Origin: a virus
Taxonomy: Duplodnaviria > Caudoviricetes
Strand: one strand, 5' to 3'
IMG/VR virus record: IMGVR_UViG_2841277917_000004
Span: 13,764-77,763 of that record
Length of the DNA: 64,000 bases
The translations under genes were made by a program, and so were the position numbers. Shown here piece after piece: positions 22,395 to 33,804 of this stretch (position 1 is its first letter; each line of letters opens with the position of its first letter). The notes under the pieces were generated by a model that was not told where the DNA came from, did no database searches, and saw nothing but the letters and a program-made list of their open reading frames with translations.

Positions 22395-22536
22395 TTTCAA
22401 AATTCCCTCCATTATAGGATATTCTCATTCAGTTATAATATACAAAAAAATACACATTTTGTAAATTCTTAAAATTCCAACTTTTATTCAGACGCAAGAA
22501 CTAGATAGATGAGGTTATAATATATAAAATTATGTA

Positions 22537-22565
22537 TTTACATAGGGTTTGGTATATGGTAATAT
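22537..22565 (+). promoter_or_regulatory. sigmaA-like promoter of the replication operon
   Basis: TTTACA-N17-TAATAT, flanked by ATAAAATTATGTAT and ATAAAATAATGTAT. Confidence 0.65.
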
Positions 22566-22668
22566 TATTTTTAGAAAGAGGTGATTGATTGGGATAGAGC
22601 TGAATAAAAGTCCTCCAAGAAAAATAATATATAAAATAATGTATATAACAAAATAGGAGGAATAATAA

Positions 22669-23586
22669 TTGAGTGAAAATCAAACAACTTTACGTGAAGC
22701 TTTGAATGAGGCAGCTATTGAAGGGATTCTTCAAGAACTACGACTAGAAGAAAAGAAAGTTGATGATAAATTAGCAATCACTGGTGAAATTGATATTAGA
22801 ATTAATGAAAACTCTGTTCATACAGTAAATGTATTCTCTTATAAGCTCACTCAAGAGGGGAAAGAGAGTGGAATTTTTAAAGGTTTAAACACTGTAAAAA
22901 ATGAATATAAATCAATCGCTAGTTATAACGAAGAAGAAGCTGATAGAGTGAGCATTACTGCTGGTAAGCTTGGGGTAAATGAATATTTTGTTCAAGAAGA
23001 GTTAAAAACATATCCTCAACTTTCTACTAATTTTATCAACAGACTAAAGCCTAATGATGAATTCAAGCCACGAGCTAAGTTCGAAGCGGAAGTATATATT
23101 AAAAGTGTTAAAGATGAAATGAAGAATGATGAAGAAACAGGTCGAATTCTTGTTGATACATATATTCCATTATACAAAGGAAAGATTATTCCATTTAGAT
23201 TTATTGTAGCTGACCCACATGCAGTTGAATATGTTAGAAACAACTATGAATCAGGAACAACAGCTTTCGTATATGGTGATATTATTAATGAAGTGCATGT
23301 GAACACAAAAAAAATAGAAGGCGGTTTTGGCAAGCCCCAAGAAAAAATTAAGCGAACAACAGTGCGTGAATATGTAATTACTGGTGGATCAACTCCATAT
23401 GACGAAGATGATGCGAAAGCTTACAAAAAAGAAGTGATCAAAAAAGCACTAACTGAACGTGAAATTTACCTTGAAGAAAAGAAAAACAAAAAAGAAGCTC
23501 CCAAAGTGCAAAAAAAAGGCTTTGACACTAAAGGAAGTAGTGCTACTAAAAAAACCGTAATTTCTGATGACGATTTGCCGTTTTAA
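22669..23586 (+). CDS. SSB-like OB-fold protein (SPbeta YorF-like)
   Basis: Acidic DDDLPF C-terminus; first gene of the replication operon. Confidence 0.7.
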   Translation: MSENQTTLREALNEAAIEGILQELRLEEKKVDDKLAITGEIDIRINENSVHTVNVFSYKLTQEGKESGIFKGLNTVKNEYKSIASYNEEEADRVSITAGKLGVNEYFVQEELKTYPQLSTNFINRLKPNDEFKPRAKFEAEVYIKSVKDEMKNDEETGRILVDTYIPLYKGKIIPFRFIVADPHAVEYVRNNYESGTTAFVYGDIINEVHVNTKKIEGGFGKPQEKIKRTTVREYVITGGSTPYDEDDAKAYKKEVIKKALTEREIYLEEKKNKKEAPKVQKKGFDTKGSSATKKTVISDDDLPF

Positions 23587-23623
23587 AATAAATACAAAAT
23601 AAAAAATGGAGGTAGTTATTTAA

Positions 23624-24601
23624 GTGTTTGATATCTTTAATCCACAAGTATCAGCAGTCGCAAAAGGCTTAGAAGGAAAAGTTATTACAATTTATGGTAG
23701 TAATAACTTAGGGAAGACTAAACAAGCTACACGAATGAATAAACCTTATTATTTACCTTTTGAAAAGGGATTGAATGCTATTGCTGGTATTAAGTATCTT
23801 CCAATTAATAGTTGGAGCGACTTTAAAAAAATAAATAAGCAACTTACTAAGACGTCAACTTTAGTTAAAGTTAAAGAGATGTATCAAACTATTATTTTTG
23901 ATGAGGTTGAAGCAGCATCTCGCTACTGCCAACGATATATTTGCAACAAATATGAATCAGAAACAATTGCAGAGGGGCGTGGCGGCTACGGTCTTTGGAA
24001 AGAATATGAGACTGAATTCTGGGAAGAAATCACCAAATTAATAGGTGCAGGTTTTACCGTTGTTTTTATTGCACACCAAGTAATTGATGAAGGAAAAGTT
24101 TTACCAAAAGGCGATAAGCGTGCTTTAGCTCCTATTATTGACAATAGTGACATTGTAGTTCATGTGCGCTCAAATGGAGTCGATGAAGCAAATAGAGTAA
24201 TTAAGTCAAGTGCCTACTTAGCTGAAACTGATAAGTTTTTTGCTCGAAGTCGTTTTGATTATATTGATACATATATTGAGGAATTTACTGCTGAAAATCT
24301 TGAAGCCACAATTATTAAAGCCATTGAGAGACAAGAGAAAGCAGAAGGGATTTCAGCAGTTACATATACGGAACAAAAATCTATGCAACAATCTGAGGAA
24401 TTGGATTATGAAGAATTAATGAATGCTATTACTAATGTTGGTAAGGAATTGCAACAACAAGGAAAATTGGAGCAAGTAACTGAAGTAGTAGAAAAACATC
24501 TAGGGCCAAACAAAAAAGTAACTGAATGCACAAAACGGCAGGTTCAAGTAATGGCTATAATTTTGGATGACCTCAAAGATTTATTGAGCGAAATTGAATA
24601 A
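23624..24601 (+). CDS. Sak4-like AAA ATPase/recombinase (YorG-like)
   Basis: GSNNLGKT Walker A, IIFDE Walker B, FIAH. Confidence 0.8.
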   Translation: MFDIFNPQVSAVAKGLEGKVITIYGSNNLGKTKQATRMNKPYYLPFEKGLNAIAGIKYLPINSWSDFKKINKQLTKTSTLVKVKEMYQTIIFDEVEAASRYCQRYICNKYESETIAEGRGGYGLWKEYETEFWEEITKLIGAGFTVVFIAHQVIDEGKVLPKGDKRALAPIIDNSDIVVHVRSNGVDEANRVIKSSAYLAETDKFFARSRFDYIDTYIEEFTAENLEATIIKAIERQEKAEGISAVTYTEQKSMQQSEELDYEELMNAITNVGKELQQQGKLEQVTEVVEKHLGPNKKVTECTKRQVQVMAIILDDLKDLLSEIE

Positions 24602-24655
24602 AATTAAATATGGGGGAGTAAATTGCTACTCCCTTTTTTCATAGGAGGTTTTAAA

Positions 24656-25135
24656 TTGGCTAGGAAGCCAAAATGCCCGAAATGTGAAAATGAAGTTGAG
24701 AAAGACACAGCCGTTAAACATTCTTCAAAGCATTATCATGAAGAATGTTATGCAACTTTTATTAGAGATAGAGATGATAGAAAAGAACTTATTGAATATA
24801 CCTGTCAGTTATATAAAACAAAAGCTCCAAGTGGAATGATACTTAAGCAGATCAAAGAGTTTGTTGAAGTCTATGGTTATACCTACAAAGGAATAACATT
24901 GACCTTAAAATATTTTCATGACACAAGAGGGAATCAGAGTCGTGAAGGTGATGGGATAGGTATCGTTCCATATAAATATGAGGAAGCTAAAAAATTCTTC
25001 ATATTAAAGAGAAACGTTGAGCGTTCAGTAGGGGATCTTGAGGGAGAAGCAATAAAGAAAAGACATATTAAAATTAAATCTCCCTCGTTAAAAAACGTTG
25101 AGTGGTTGCCAACAATTGATATTTCTAAATTATAG
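24656..25135 (+). CDS. Zn-binding replication protein (YorH-like)
   Basis: CPKC...HxxC, GIGIVPY; lies between the ATPase and helicase genes. Confidence 0.65.
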   Translation: MARKPKCPKCENEVEKDTAVKHSSKHYHEECYATFIRDRDDRKELIEYTCQLYKTKAPSGMILKQIKEFVEVYGYTYKGITLTLKYFHDTRGNQSREGDGIGIVPYKYEEAKKFFILKRNVERSVGDLEGEAIKKRHIKIKSPSLKNVEWLPTIDISKL

Positions 25136-25149
25136 AGAGGAGTCAATGA

Positions 25150-26697
25150 ATGCCCCTACAAGATAAGGTAAGTATTTTTCAGGTGATTGGCTGTTTAATG
25201 AAAAAGCCAGATTTATTAAGAGAAGGTAGCTATAAGATAACCAAAGATGATTTTCCGGAAAAATTCCATAAAATTGTGTTTGGTGCAATCAATAATGTAA
25301 TATCCCAAGGTCTAGAAGAACTTGATTTTATTTCAGTAGACAGTTTTTTATCCAGCTATGATATTCAGCATAAGATTTTTGAAGATAACGAAGGTCTGGA
25401 TTATATTCAATCTGCTACTGAAACAGCAAATTTGAGTAATTTTGAGTATCATTATAACCGATTGAAAAAGTTTAGTTTGCTTAGAGCCTATGAGGATGCT
25501 GGTATTGACATCAAAGAAATTTATGATGATGATCTTCTAAATCTAAGAGAAAAAGAGGAAATGCAAAAAAGGTTTGATGAGTACTCCATAAAGGATATCG
25601 TAGACATAATTGACCAAAAACAATTAGAAATTAGAGCTAGATTTCTCTTTGATTCTGATTCATATAGCATACACATTTCAGAAAATCTATTTGAATTAAA
25701 AGAAAAGTTGAAAGAAGAGCCAGATTATGGTGCACCATTAGTAAGTGGGGTTTTAAATAAAATATTTCGAGGGGCAAAATTTGAGAATTTGTTTATGCGA
25801 TCTGCTCCTTCAAATTTAGGTAAAACAAGATTGTCAATGGCAGATGCTCTTTATCTTGCTGTTGATGAAATTTTTGATCTTTCTACAAATAAGTGGGTAA
25901 GTACCGGAGAAAGAGAGCCAACCCTTTACATTACAACTGAGATGAAAACAGAGCGCTTACAGCCTTCAGCAATAGCATTTGTAAGTGGAGTAAATGAAAC
26001 TAAAATTAAAAATGGAGAATATACTGAAGAAGAAGAAAAAAGGATTGATCGAGCAATTAAAGTCTTGAAAAGATCCAAGCTATGGATGCACTATATCCCG
26101 AATTTCAACATTGCTGACATAGAAACAAGCATTAGGAAATTTATTACTGAGCATGGCGTGAAATACATATTTTTTGATTATGTTCATATTTCAATAAAAC
26201 TACTTGAAGAAATTGCTAATCAGTCAAGAGGAGTAAAGTTAAGAGAAGATATTGTGTTGCTAATGTTTGTTGATCGACTTAAAACACTGTGCAACAGACA
26301 TAAAGTTTATATATCTACATCTTCACAGGTAAATGGCGATTGGAAAAATGTAAAAGATGCTGATTCCACTATTTTACGAGGATCGAAAGCAATGGCTGAT
26401 AAGCTTGATATGGCTATTATTGCTTTACTTCCTACAAAAAGTGACTTAGAAGCTCTAGAGCCAATACTAAGAAAAGGGTTTTCCCCAGCGCCAAACATGG
26501 TTTATCACATATATAAAAATCGAGAAGATGAGTATGTTAACGTTAAATTGTGGTTGTATGCTGATATGGGAACACTAAGAACAACAGATCTCTTCCTCAC
26601 GAACTCTGACTATGAGGTGATTCCTATAGAAGCTGTTAACATTCAAACCTATAGCTACGACACAGAAAATGAACAAAATGAAGAGGAAATAGTTTAA
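25150..26697 (+). CDS. replicative DnaB-like helicase (YorI-like)
   Basis: SAPSNLGKT, ITTEM, FFDYVH, SSQVN, LRGSKAMADK. Confidence 0.9.
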   Translation: MPLQDKVSIFQVIGCLMKKPDLLREGSYKITKDDFPEKFHKIVFGAINNVISQGLEELDFISVDSFLSSYDIQHKIFEDNEGLDYIQSATETANLSNFEYHYNRLKKFSLLRAYEDAGIDIKEIYDDDLLNLREKEEMQKRFDEYSIKDIVDIIDQKQLEIRARFLFDSDSYSIHISENLFELKEKLKEEPDYGAPLVSGVLNKIFRGAKFENLFMRSAPSNLGKTRLSMADALYLAVDEIFDLSTNKWVSTGEREPTLYITTEMKTERLQPSAIAFVSGVNETKIKNGEYTEEEEKRIDRAIKVLKRSKLWMHYIPNFNIADIETSIRKFITEHGVKYIFFDYVHISIKLLEEIANQSRGVKLREDIVLLMFVDRLKTLCNRHKVYISTSSQVNGDWKNVKDADSTILRGSKAMADKLDMAIIALLPTKSDLEALEPILRKGFSPAPNMVYHIYKNREDEYVNVKLWLYADMGTLRTTDLFLTNSDYEVIPIEAVNIQTYSYDTENEQNEEEIV

Positions 26698-26712
26698 AGG
26701 GGGAATCCCCAC

Positions 26713-27798
26713 TTGTATTTAGACAAGGACAAGATTAAAGAATCACTAACAGATTTTGATGTTTCAGAGATATTAAAACGTCTAGGAAGCACTGAGGGTA
26801 AAAAAAGTATTGATGGTAAATACATAGCATTTCAAACAGTGTGCCATTGCGGAGCTAAACAGAAGCTTTATTATTACAACGATGTGAAATTTTTTCACTG
26901 TTACACTGATTGTCAAGATAGTTTTGATATCTATGAATTATTAATCAGAGCTAATCGGGCAAGAGGTATTGAAATATCATTTAATGAAGCGGTAAAGCTC
27001 GTTTCTTCAATTACTGGAAAGACTTTTACTTTAACCAATGTAATAAAGGAAAGTCACATCATAGATGATTGGAACTGGATAAGAAAGTATCAAATGAAAG
27101 AGAAACAAAGAGTTTCTTTACCAATACGAAATCCTCTGGTATTAGGTGTGTTTCGCAAACTCCCTCATGAGAGTTGGATTGAGGAGGGGATTTCGTCAGA
27201 TACCATACATAAATTTAATATTGGATATTACATAAGGGAAGATCGAATATCAATACCTCATTATGATGTAGATGGTAATTTAATTGGAATTCGTGGTAGG
27301 GCAATGTTAGACAAGGATATAGAGGCAGGTAAAAAATACTTGCCTCTAATAATAGAAAATAAATTATATAATCATCCCACCATGTTTAATCTATATGGAT
27401 TAAATAAATCAAAAAACGCTATTAAGCGGTTAAGAAAGGCTATTGTTTTTGAGGGGGAAAAATCAGTATTAAAGTGTGAGGATTTCTATGGAGATGATAA
27501 TTTCTCTGTAGCGACTTGTGGTGGCTATATATCTAAATATCAAATGAAGATGTTACTTTCTTTAGGTATTGAAGAATTTATTTATGCACCAGATAAGCAG
27601 TTTTATGATCATAACTCCGAAATGGCTTATGAATTTGCTAAAACCGTCTTAAAGCAAGTATTGAAGTTTGCACCATATGTAAGAACTTATGTTCTGTGGG
27701 ATGAAAAGAGCCTTCTAGACTATAGCGATTCTCCTGCTGATAAAGGAAAAGAAGTGTTAGAGCAACTTATGAAAGATAAAAAAGAGGTGTCAACTTAG
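26713..27798 (+). CDS. DNA primase (YorJ-like)
   Basis: CH...CYTDC zinc domain, IGIRGR, LYGL, FEGEKS TOPRIM. Confidence 0.88.
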   Translation: MYLDKDKIKESLTDFDVSEILKRLGSTEGKKSIDGKYIAFQTVCHCGAKQKLYYYNDVKFFHCYTDCQDSFDIYELLIRANRARGIEISFNEAVKLVSSITGKTFTLTNVIKESHIIDDWNWIRKYQMKEKQRVSLPIRNPLVLGVFRKLPHESWIEEGISSDTIHKFNIGYYIREDRISIPHYDVDGNLIGIRGRAMLDKDIEAGKKYLPLIIENKLYNHPTMFNLYGLNKSKNAIKRLRKAIVFEGEKSVLKCEDFYGDDNFSVATCGGYISKYQMKMLLSLGIEEFIYAPDKQFYDHNSEMAYEFAKTVLKQVLKFAPYVRTYVLWDEKSLLDYSDSPADKGKEVLEQLMKDKKEVST

Positions 27799-27812
27799 GT
27801 AGAGGTGAAAAT

Positions 27813-29504
27813 TTGAAATATAAATTAATTGGGAACAATGATTATTTTTTTAATCCGATCGAAACGATCTTACATAATAGAGGCATTGCTAACATAAAGG
27901 AATTCTTAAAATTGAATGAAAGTGTGATTTATGATTGGAAATTACTGAACAATATTGAAAAGGCAGCATTAACTACTATTTCAATGATTCAATCAAATAA
28001 AAAGGCTTGGATTCAAGCTGATGCTGATTGTGATGGAATGGTCAGCGCTGCCGTATTGTTTAATTACTTAAAAAAGGCTTTTCCTAATGCAGACGTTGCA
28101 TGGAGAGTACATGAAGTAAAGATGCATGGTGTTATTGCTGAAACAGTCCCAAGTGATGCAGATTTGATATTCATCCCAGATGCAGGGAGTAATCAATATA
28201 GAGAGCATAAAATATTAAGAGATTTAAGTAAAACAGTGATTATTCTTGATCATCATTTATGTGAGAAAGAGTCTGAAGATGCAATTGTAGTAAACAATCA
28301 GTTGTCATTGAAATACCCTAATAAGAATTTATCCGGTGTAGGGATTGTATATAAGTTCTGTAAAGCACTTGATCATTATTTAGAAATAGATTATGCAGAT
28401 GATTTTTTGGATTTAGTTGCTATTGGTAACATTGCAGACTCCATGGATTTAAGGGAATTGGAAACAAGATTCTATGTCCAGACTGGGCTTAACCAGATAA
28501 AAAATAGATTTCTTTCAGAGATAATTAAGAAACAAGAATATCCAATGAAAGGGGTTGTAAATATAACGAATATCTCTTTTTTCATCGTTCCATTGATCAA
28601 TGCAGTAACACGAGTAGGAACAATAGAAGAACGAGAAAATACCTTCAAATCCTTAATTGAGTCTGAAGAGAGTGTATATTACAAAAGAAAAGATACATGG
28701 GAATCAATTATCGATAATACCGCTAGACAGGTAAACAATGTGAGAAATAGGCAGAACAGATTAAGGGATAGTGGAATAAATGAGATTGAAGAGAGAATTA
28801 ACACTAAAGGGTTAAAGAAAAATAAAATTTTAGTTGTTAATGTAAGTGATATCCTTGAATCTTCATTGACTGGTTTGGTTGCCAATAAAATATCAGAAAG
28901 GTATATGCGTCCAACTTTGTTACTGAAAAGAAATGAAGAAGGAGTCTATAAAGGTTCAGGTCGGGGACATGAGAAGTGTAATATAAAGGATTTTAGGAAT
29001 TTCTTATTAAATACTAGAAGATTTGTTTTTTGTGAAGGACATGCTCAAGCATTTGGAGCTTCCATTACAAAAGAGCAGCTAGTTTCATTCTTAGATGATA
29101 TTGAGTTATTTACTGAGGGAGTTTCATTAAATGACATAGAGGTGGACTTTGAGATTCCATTTACTAAAGTAAACAAAAGACTGTTTGAAGAGTTGTACGG
29201 TTATAGTCATCTTTGGTCGAAAGGAGTGGAAGAACCACTTGTAGTTATTAAAGAAGTACCAATACATAATGATAGCTTTGTAATTACGGGGAAGAAACAA
29301 GATGGTATTAAATTCGTGTCAAGGGGCGTGGAGTTTTTGAAAACCCAATGCTCTGAAGAAGAAGTAGATACCTTCGCAAATAATCAAAACAAATGTGTAA
29401 ATTTAATTGGGAAATGTTCTATGAATGAATGGAAAGGGGAGAGGAAACATCAATTTATCATTGATGACTTTGAGTTTACTAAGAAGTTTAGTTTAAATTT
29501 TTAG
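27813..29504 (+). CDS. recJ: RecJ-like DHH ssDNA exonuclease (YorK-like)
   Basis: DADCDG, ILDHH, GNIAD, GSGR, GHAQAFG. Confidence 0.9.
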   Translation: MKYKLIGNNDYFFNPIETILHNRGIANIKEFLKLNESVIYDWKLLNNIEKAALTTISMIQSNKKAWIQADADCDGMVSAAVLFNYLKKAFPNADVAWRVHEVKMHGVIAETVPSDADLIFIPDAGSNQYREHKILRDLSKTVIILDHHLCEKESEDAIVVNNQLSLKYPNKNLSGVGIVYKFCKALDHYLEIDYADDFLDLVAIGNIADSMDLRELETRFYVQTGLNQIKNRFLSEIIKKQEYPMKGVVNITNISFFIVPLINAVTRVGTIEERENTFKSLIESEESVYYKRKDTWESIIDNTARQVNNVRNRQNRLRDSGINEIEERINTKGLKKNKILVVNVSDILESSLTGLVANKISERYMRPTLLLKRNEEGVYKGSGRGHEKCNIKDFRNFLLNTRRFVFCEGHAQAFGASITKEQLVSFLDDIELFTEGVSLNDIEVDFEIPFTKVNKRLFEELYGYSHLWSKGVEEPLVVIKEVPIHNDSFVITGKKQDGIKFVSRGVEFLKTQCSEEEVDTFANNQNKCVNLIGKCSMNEWKGERKHQFIIDDFEFTKKFSLNF

Positions 29505-29521
29505 GGGGGTGGGAGAGAACG

Positions 29522-32500
29522 ATGTGCTTTATTAACTGCCACAATCACACTGATTATAGTAACTTAAGACTATTGGATTGTACGAATTCAGTTGAAGATT
29601 TAATCAAAACATCCAATGATCTAGGATATAAAGGCATTGCTATTTCAGATCATGAATCTGTATCTGCTCATGTTCAAGCTATTAAAAAAACTAGAGAGTT
29701 AAAAGAAAAAAATGTAATCCAACAAGATTTTAAACTTATTTTGGGAAATGAAATTTATCTTGTTGATGATGTTGAATATATAAAAAATAATTACGTATCT
29801 GGAGTTACTAAGTTTCCTCATTTCCTACTTATTGCTAAGGATAAAGAAGGGCACAAACAATTACGTTATCTTAGCAGCATGGCTTGGAAAAATTCATTTT
29901 ATACAGGCACAATGGAACGTGTACCAACTGATAAAAAGATTTTGGAGGAGGTTGTAAAGTCTAACCCTAATCATCTTATAGCTTCAACAGCTTGTTTAGG
30001 ATCAGAGACAAGTATTCATTTATTGTCTATTAGAGATGCAGAACAAACAAATGACTTAGCTACTGCAAATGAACATAGAGATAAGCTAAATAAATTCATC
30101 AATTGGTGTATCGATTTATTTGGGAAAAATAATTTTTTTATTGAATTGCAACCTGCTTATAGTGAAGAGCAAATATTTGTCAACAAAGAGTTAGTCAAGA
30201 TAGCTGAGATACATGAACTTAAAACAATAATCACAACAGATACACATTACCTTAGACCAGATGACAAAAAGGTACATAAGGCATTTTTGAATGCAAAAGA
30301 TGGGGATAGGGAAATAGATAGTTTTTATGAGGCTACTTTTTTACAGACGGTGGATGAGATTTATGAAAGAATGAATTATTTTGATAAAAATATTGTAGCA
30401 GAAGCTTTGAATAACACTCTGTATCTTGGTGAGATGATTGATGATTACACAATAGAACACGAAACGATCATTCCCAAAATTTCATTACCTAAGTTTGAAG
30501 TAATACATATGTTTAAACCGGCATATCAACAATATGAATACATAGAAAAAATGGCGAATTCGGATAATGAGCAAGATAGATATATTATTAAGCTCATAGA
30601 AGAAGGATTTAATGAAAAAGTTCCACGTAACACACTCTCAAAAGAGAAATTTCATATCATTCTCAACCGAATTAATATTGAATTAGGTGAGATATGGGAA
30701 ATTAGTCAAAAGCTAAATCAAGCTATGTCAGCGTACTACATAACAGTAAGAGAAATTATAAATATAATTTGGGATGATGATTGTGGTAATAGCTTAGTTG
30801 GAAGTGGGCGAGGCAGTAGTTCAGGTTTTTACATTTGTTTTTTATTGGGGATAACTCAAATTGATCCTTTAGTTTATGGGACTGAGATGCCACATTGGAG
30901 ACATTTACATAGAAGCCGCCCTGATGTGGGGGCTTTAGATATCGATATTGATACCGAAGGGAGTAAGCGTCCACGTATCATTCAAGCTTTAAAAAAACAT
31001 TTTGGAGATGAACGGTTACTACAGGTTTGTACTTTTGGTACAGAAGGGTCTAAGTCAGCACTGCAAACGGCAGCTCGTGGATTGGGTATTGATTCGGATA
31101 TTAGTTTACATTTAAGTAGTCTAATTCCTTTTGAGAGAGGGCAAAACTGGTCGCTATCTGACTGTCTGTATGGAGATAAAGAAAAAAATAGGAAGCCAGT
31201 GAAAGAATTTATTAATGGAATTGATAAATATGAGGGACTAAAGGAAACTGCGCTTAAACTTGAAGGGAAGATTAATAAGCGAAGTATACATGCTGGAGGG
31301 GTCATACTCTTTAACGAGGAGTATTATCACTCTAATGCATTGATGAAAGCCCCTAATGGATTGCCAATTACACAATTTAATTTAGATGACTGTCAGGCAG
31401 TAGGAAATGTAAAGTTTGATCTTTTAACAATTGAAGCTCTAGATAAGATTCGAGTAGAGTTAGATATGTTACTAGAGTATAAAGAAATCGAATGGCAAGG
31501 ATCACTTCGAAAAACTTTTGATAAATATCTTCATCCTAACAATTTAAATATGGACAATCCAAAACTATATGAAATGCTAGGGGAAGGAACTGTAACAGAT
31601 TTGTTCCAGTTTTCTACTGAGATAGGTTATCAAGCAGCTATAAAGGTAAAGCCTAGTAATTTACTTGAAGTAGCGGCAGCTAATTCATTAATGAGGCTTA
31701 AATCGGATGGAGACGAGCAACCAATTGATGTGTTTATTAAACATAAAAATAACATTCAACTTTGGTATGAAGAAATGGCTGAGTACGGTCTAACTAATGA
31801 AGAAATTGAAGTACTTGAAAAACACTTATTAAAACTATATGGGGTAGCTGATACTCAAGAATCTGTAATGTTACTTGCAATGGATGAAAAAATAGCTGGC
31901 TTTTCTATTCAACAAGCAAATAAGTTAAGGAAAGCAATTGCAAAGAGATCAGAAAAAGACCTAATTGAAGTAACAGAATTGTTTTTTGAACAAGGAAGAA
32001 AAAAAGAAATAAGTAATAATTTACTAAGCTATGTTTGGGATGTGCAAATCAAAAGACAGCTAGGTTATGCATTTTCAATTTTGCACACTATTCCTTACTC
32101 AATTATTGCTTTACAAGAACTTAACTTAAACTATCAATTCAATTCATTATATTGGAATACAGCATGTTTGACGGTTAATTCAAGGTCTACAGACGGAAAT
32201 GATGATGAAGAAATAAGCAGTGATGAAGAAGAGACAGATACAAAGAAAAAATCAACTAACTATGGAAAAGTAGCATTAGCAATTGGGCAAATGCATAAAA
32301 GAGGGATAGAAATTGCTCTTCCCGATATTAACAATGCAGGATTTGGATTTAAGCCAGATTTGAGAAATAATCAAATTATATTTGGGCTAAAGGGCATTAA
32401 TGGTATTGGTGATGACATTGTACATATCATTATCAAGAATCGCCCTTATTCTTCTTTTGATGATTTTATAAATAAACTCTTTAAAACGAAACAAATTAAA

Positions 32501-33481
32501 AAAGGACAAATAGTTAAACTAATTAAGGCAGGATGTTTTGATAAATTTGAAGATCGCTTTAACATAATGAAACAATTCATCAACAAAATTTATGAGCCAA
32601 AGCAGAAGTTAACTATGCAAAATTTTAATGGACTTATTGAAAACGATTTAATTCCTGAATGTTATGCTTTACTGGTGAGATTATATAGATTTAGGAAGTA
32701 CATTAGCCAAAATGTCTATAAAACGATAAGTAAACCAAAAGACAAGTGGTTACTTTTAGATGATATATCAACAAATTTCTTTAATCAGCATTTTTCTGAT
32801 CAGAGTATAGTCGAAGTTAACGATGGGAAAATTGTTGTGTCTGAGTCAAAGTTTAAGAAAGAATATGATAAGAAAATAGAACCGTTCAAATCATGGCTTC
32901 AGAATGAAGATACCTTAGAAGCCTTAAACAAAAAACTCTTTTCGCAGCAGTGGGATAAATATGCTGAAGGAACTATTAGTAAATGGGAAATGGATTCCTT
33001 ATCTTTTTATTATCATGAGCATGAATTATCCCATGTTAATGCAGACAAATATGGAATCGTTGATTTTGAGAAATTACCTAAAGTACCTAAAGTAGTTAGT
33101 AGTTATAAATCAAGAGGAGTAGAAAGACCTAAATTTGAAATAGTAAGAATTGCAGGAACAGTATTAGACAAAGATAAAAGCAAACACACAGTTACAGTTC
33201 TTACTACTACCGGAGTCGTGACAGTTAAATTTTATGATGGAGTATTTGCTCACTATAATAAACAAATAAGTAGGACAAATGATGGGGATAAAGAAATTTT
33301 GGAGAAAAGTTGGTTTACTAGAGGAAACAAACTTTTAATTGCTGGTTATCGTAGAGATTCAAACTTTAGACCTCATAAATACACTGATAGTGTTTATCGT
33401 CACACAGTAAGTTTAATTGAGAACATTGGAGAAAATGGGGATATAACTCTTAAAACAGAAAGAGAGGGTTATATAAATTAA
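29522..33481 (+). CDS. dnaE: DNA polymerase III alpha subunit (YorL-like)
   Basis: PHP domain HNHTDYS/ISDHE, GSGRGS, DIDIDTE catalytic motif, KFDLL; no intein seen. Confidence 0.95.
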   Translation: MCFINCHNHTDYSNLRLLDCTNSVEDLIKTSNDLGYKGIAISDHESVSAHVQAIKKTRELKEKNVIQQDFKLILGNEIYLVDDVEYIKNNYVSGVTKFPHFLLIAKDKEGHKQLRYLSSMAWKNSFYTGTMERVPTDKKILEEVVKSNPNHLIASTACLGSETSIHLLSIRDAEQTNDLATANEHRDKLNKFINWCIDLFGKNNFFIELQPAYSEEQIFVNKELVKIAEIHELKTIITTDTHYLRPDDKKVHKAFLNAKDGDREIDSFYEATFLQTVDEIYERMNYFDKNIVAEALNNTLYLGEMIDDYTIEHETIIPKISLPKFEVIHMFKPAYQQYEYIEKMANSDNEQDRYIIKLIEEGFNEKVPRNTLSKEKFHIILNRINIELGEIWEISQKLNQAMSAYYITVREIINIIWDDDCGNSLVGSGRGSSSGFYICFLLGITQIDPLVYGTEMPHWRHLHRSRPDVGALDIDIDTEGSKRPRIIQALKKHFGDERLLQVCTFGTEGSKSALQTAARGLGIDSDISLHLSSLIPFERGQNWSLSDCLYGDKEKNRKPVKEFINGIDKYEGLKETALKLEGKINKRSIHAGGVILFNEEYYHSNALMKAPNGLPITQFNLDDCQAVGNVKFDLLTIEALDKIRVELDMLLEYKEIEWQGSLRKTFDKYLHPNNLNMDNPKLYEMLGEGTVTDLFQFSTEIGYQAAIKVKPSNLLEVAAANSLMRLKSDGDEQPIDVFIKHKNNIQLWYEEMAEYGLTNEEIEVLEKHLLKLYGVADTQESVMLLAMDEKIAGFSIQQANKLRKAIAKRSEKDLIEVTELFFEQGRKKEISNNLLSYVWDVQIKRQLGYAFSILHTIPYSIIALQELNLNYQFNSLYWNTACLTVNSRSTDGNDDEEISSDEEETDTKKKSTNYGKVALAIGQMHKRGIEIALPDINNAGFGFKPDLRNNQIIFGLKGINGIGDDIVHIIIKNRPYSSFDDFINKLFKTKQIKKGQIVKLIKAGCFDKFEDRFNIMKQFINKIYEPKQKLTMQNFNGLIENDLIPECYALLVRLYRFRKYISQNVYKTISKPKDKWLLLDDISTNFFNQHFSDQSIVEVNDGKIVVSESKFKKEYDKKIEPFKSWLQNEDTLEALNKKLFSQQWDKYAEGTISKWEMDSLSFYYHEHELSHVNADKYGIVDFEKLPKVPKVVSSYKSRGVERPKFEIVRIAGTVLDKDKSKHTVTVLTTTGVVTVKFYDGVFAHYNKQISRTNDGDKEILEKSWFTRGNKLLIAGYRRDSNFRPHKYTDSVYRHTVSLIENIGENGDITLKTEREGYIN

Positions 33482-33804
33482 AATAATGTATACAATAGAT
33501 TTGTATTATGGTATTGTATTAAATATAGAATATAAAATAATGTATGAAAGGGTAGGTTGAATGAAAATATCTCCTGTACAACATATTTCCGATCGAAAAG
33601 CACATACATATATGATTAATCGTAAAATCAACAAAAAAGAAGGGCGAGATTTTCAAGAGCAATTACTTAAAGCCCTTGGGAATAAATCAAAGCTTAACCG
33701 AATGTACGTATGATGAAATACATATTTCATTATATTAATTAAAAATAAATAATACACAAATATATTAATTTCATTCAAATATTTAAAACCAAAAAATAAA
33801 GAAG

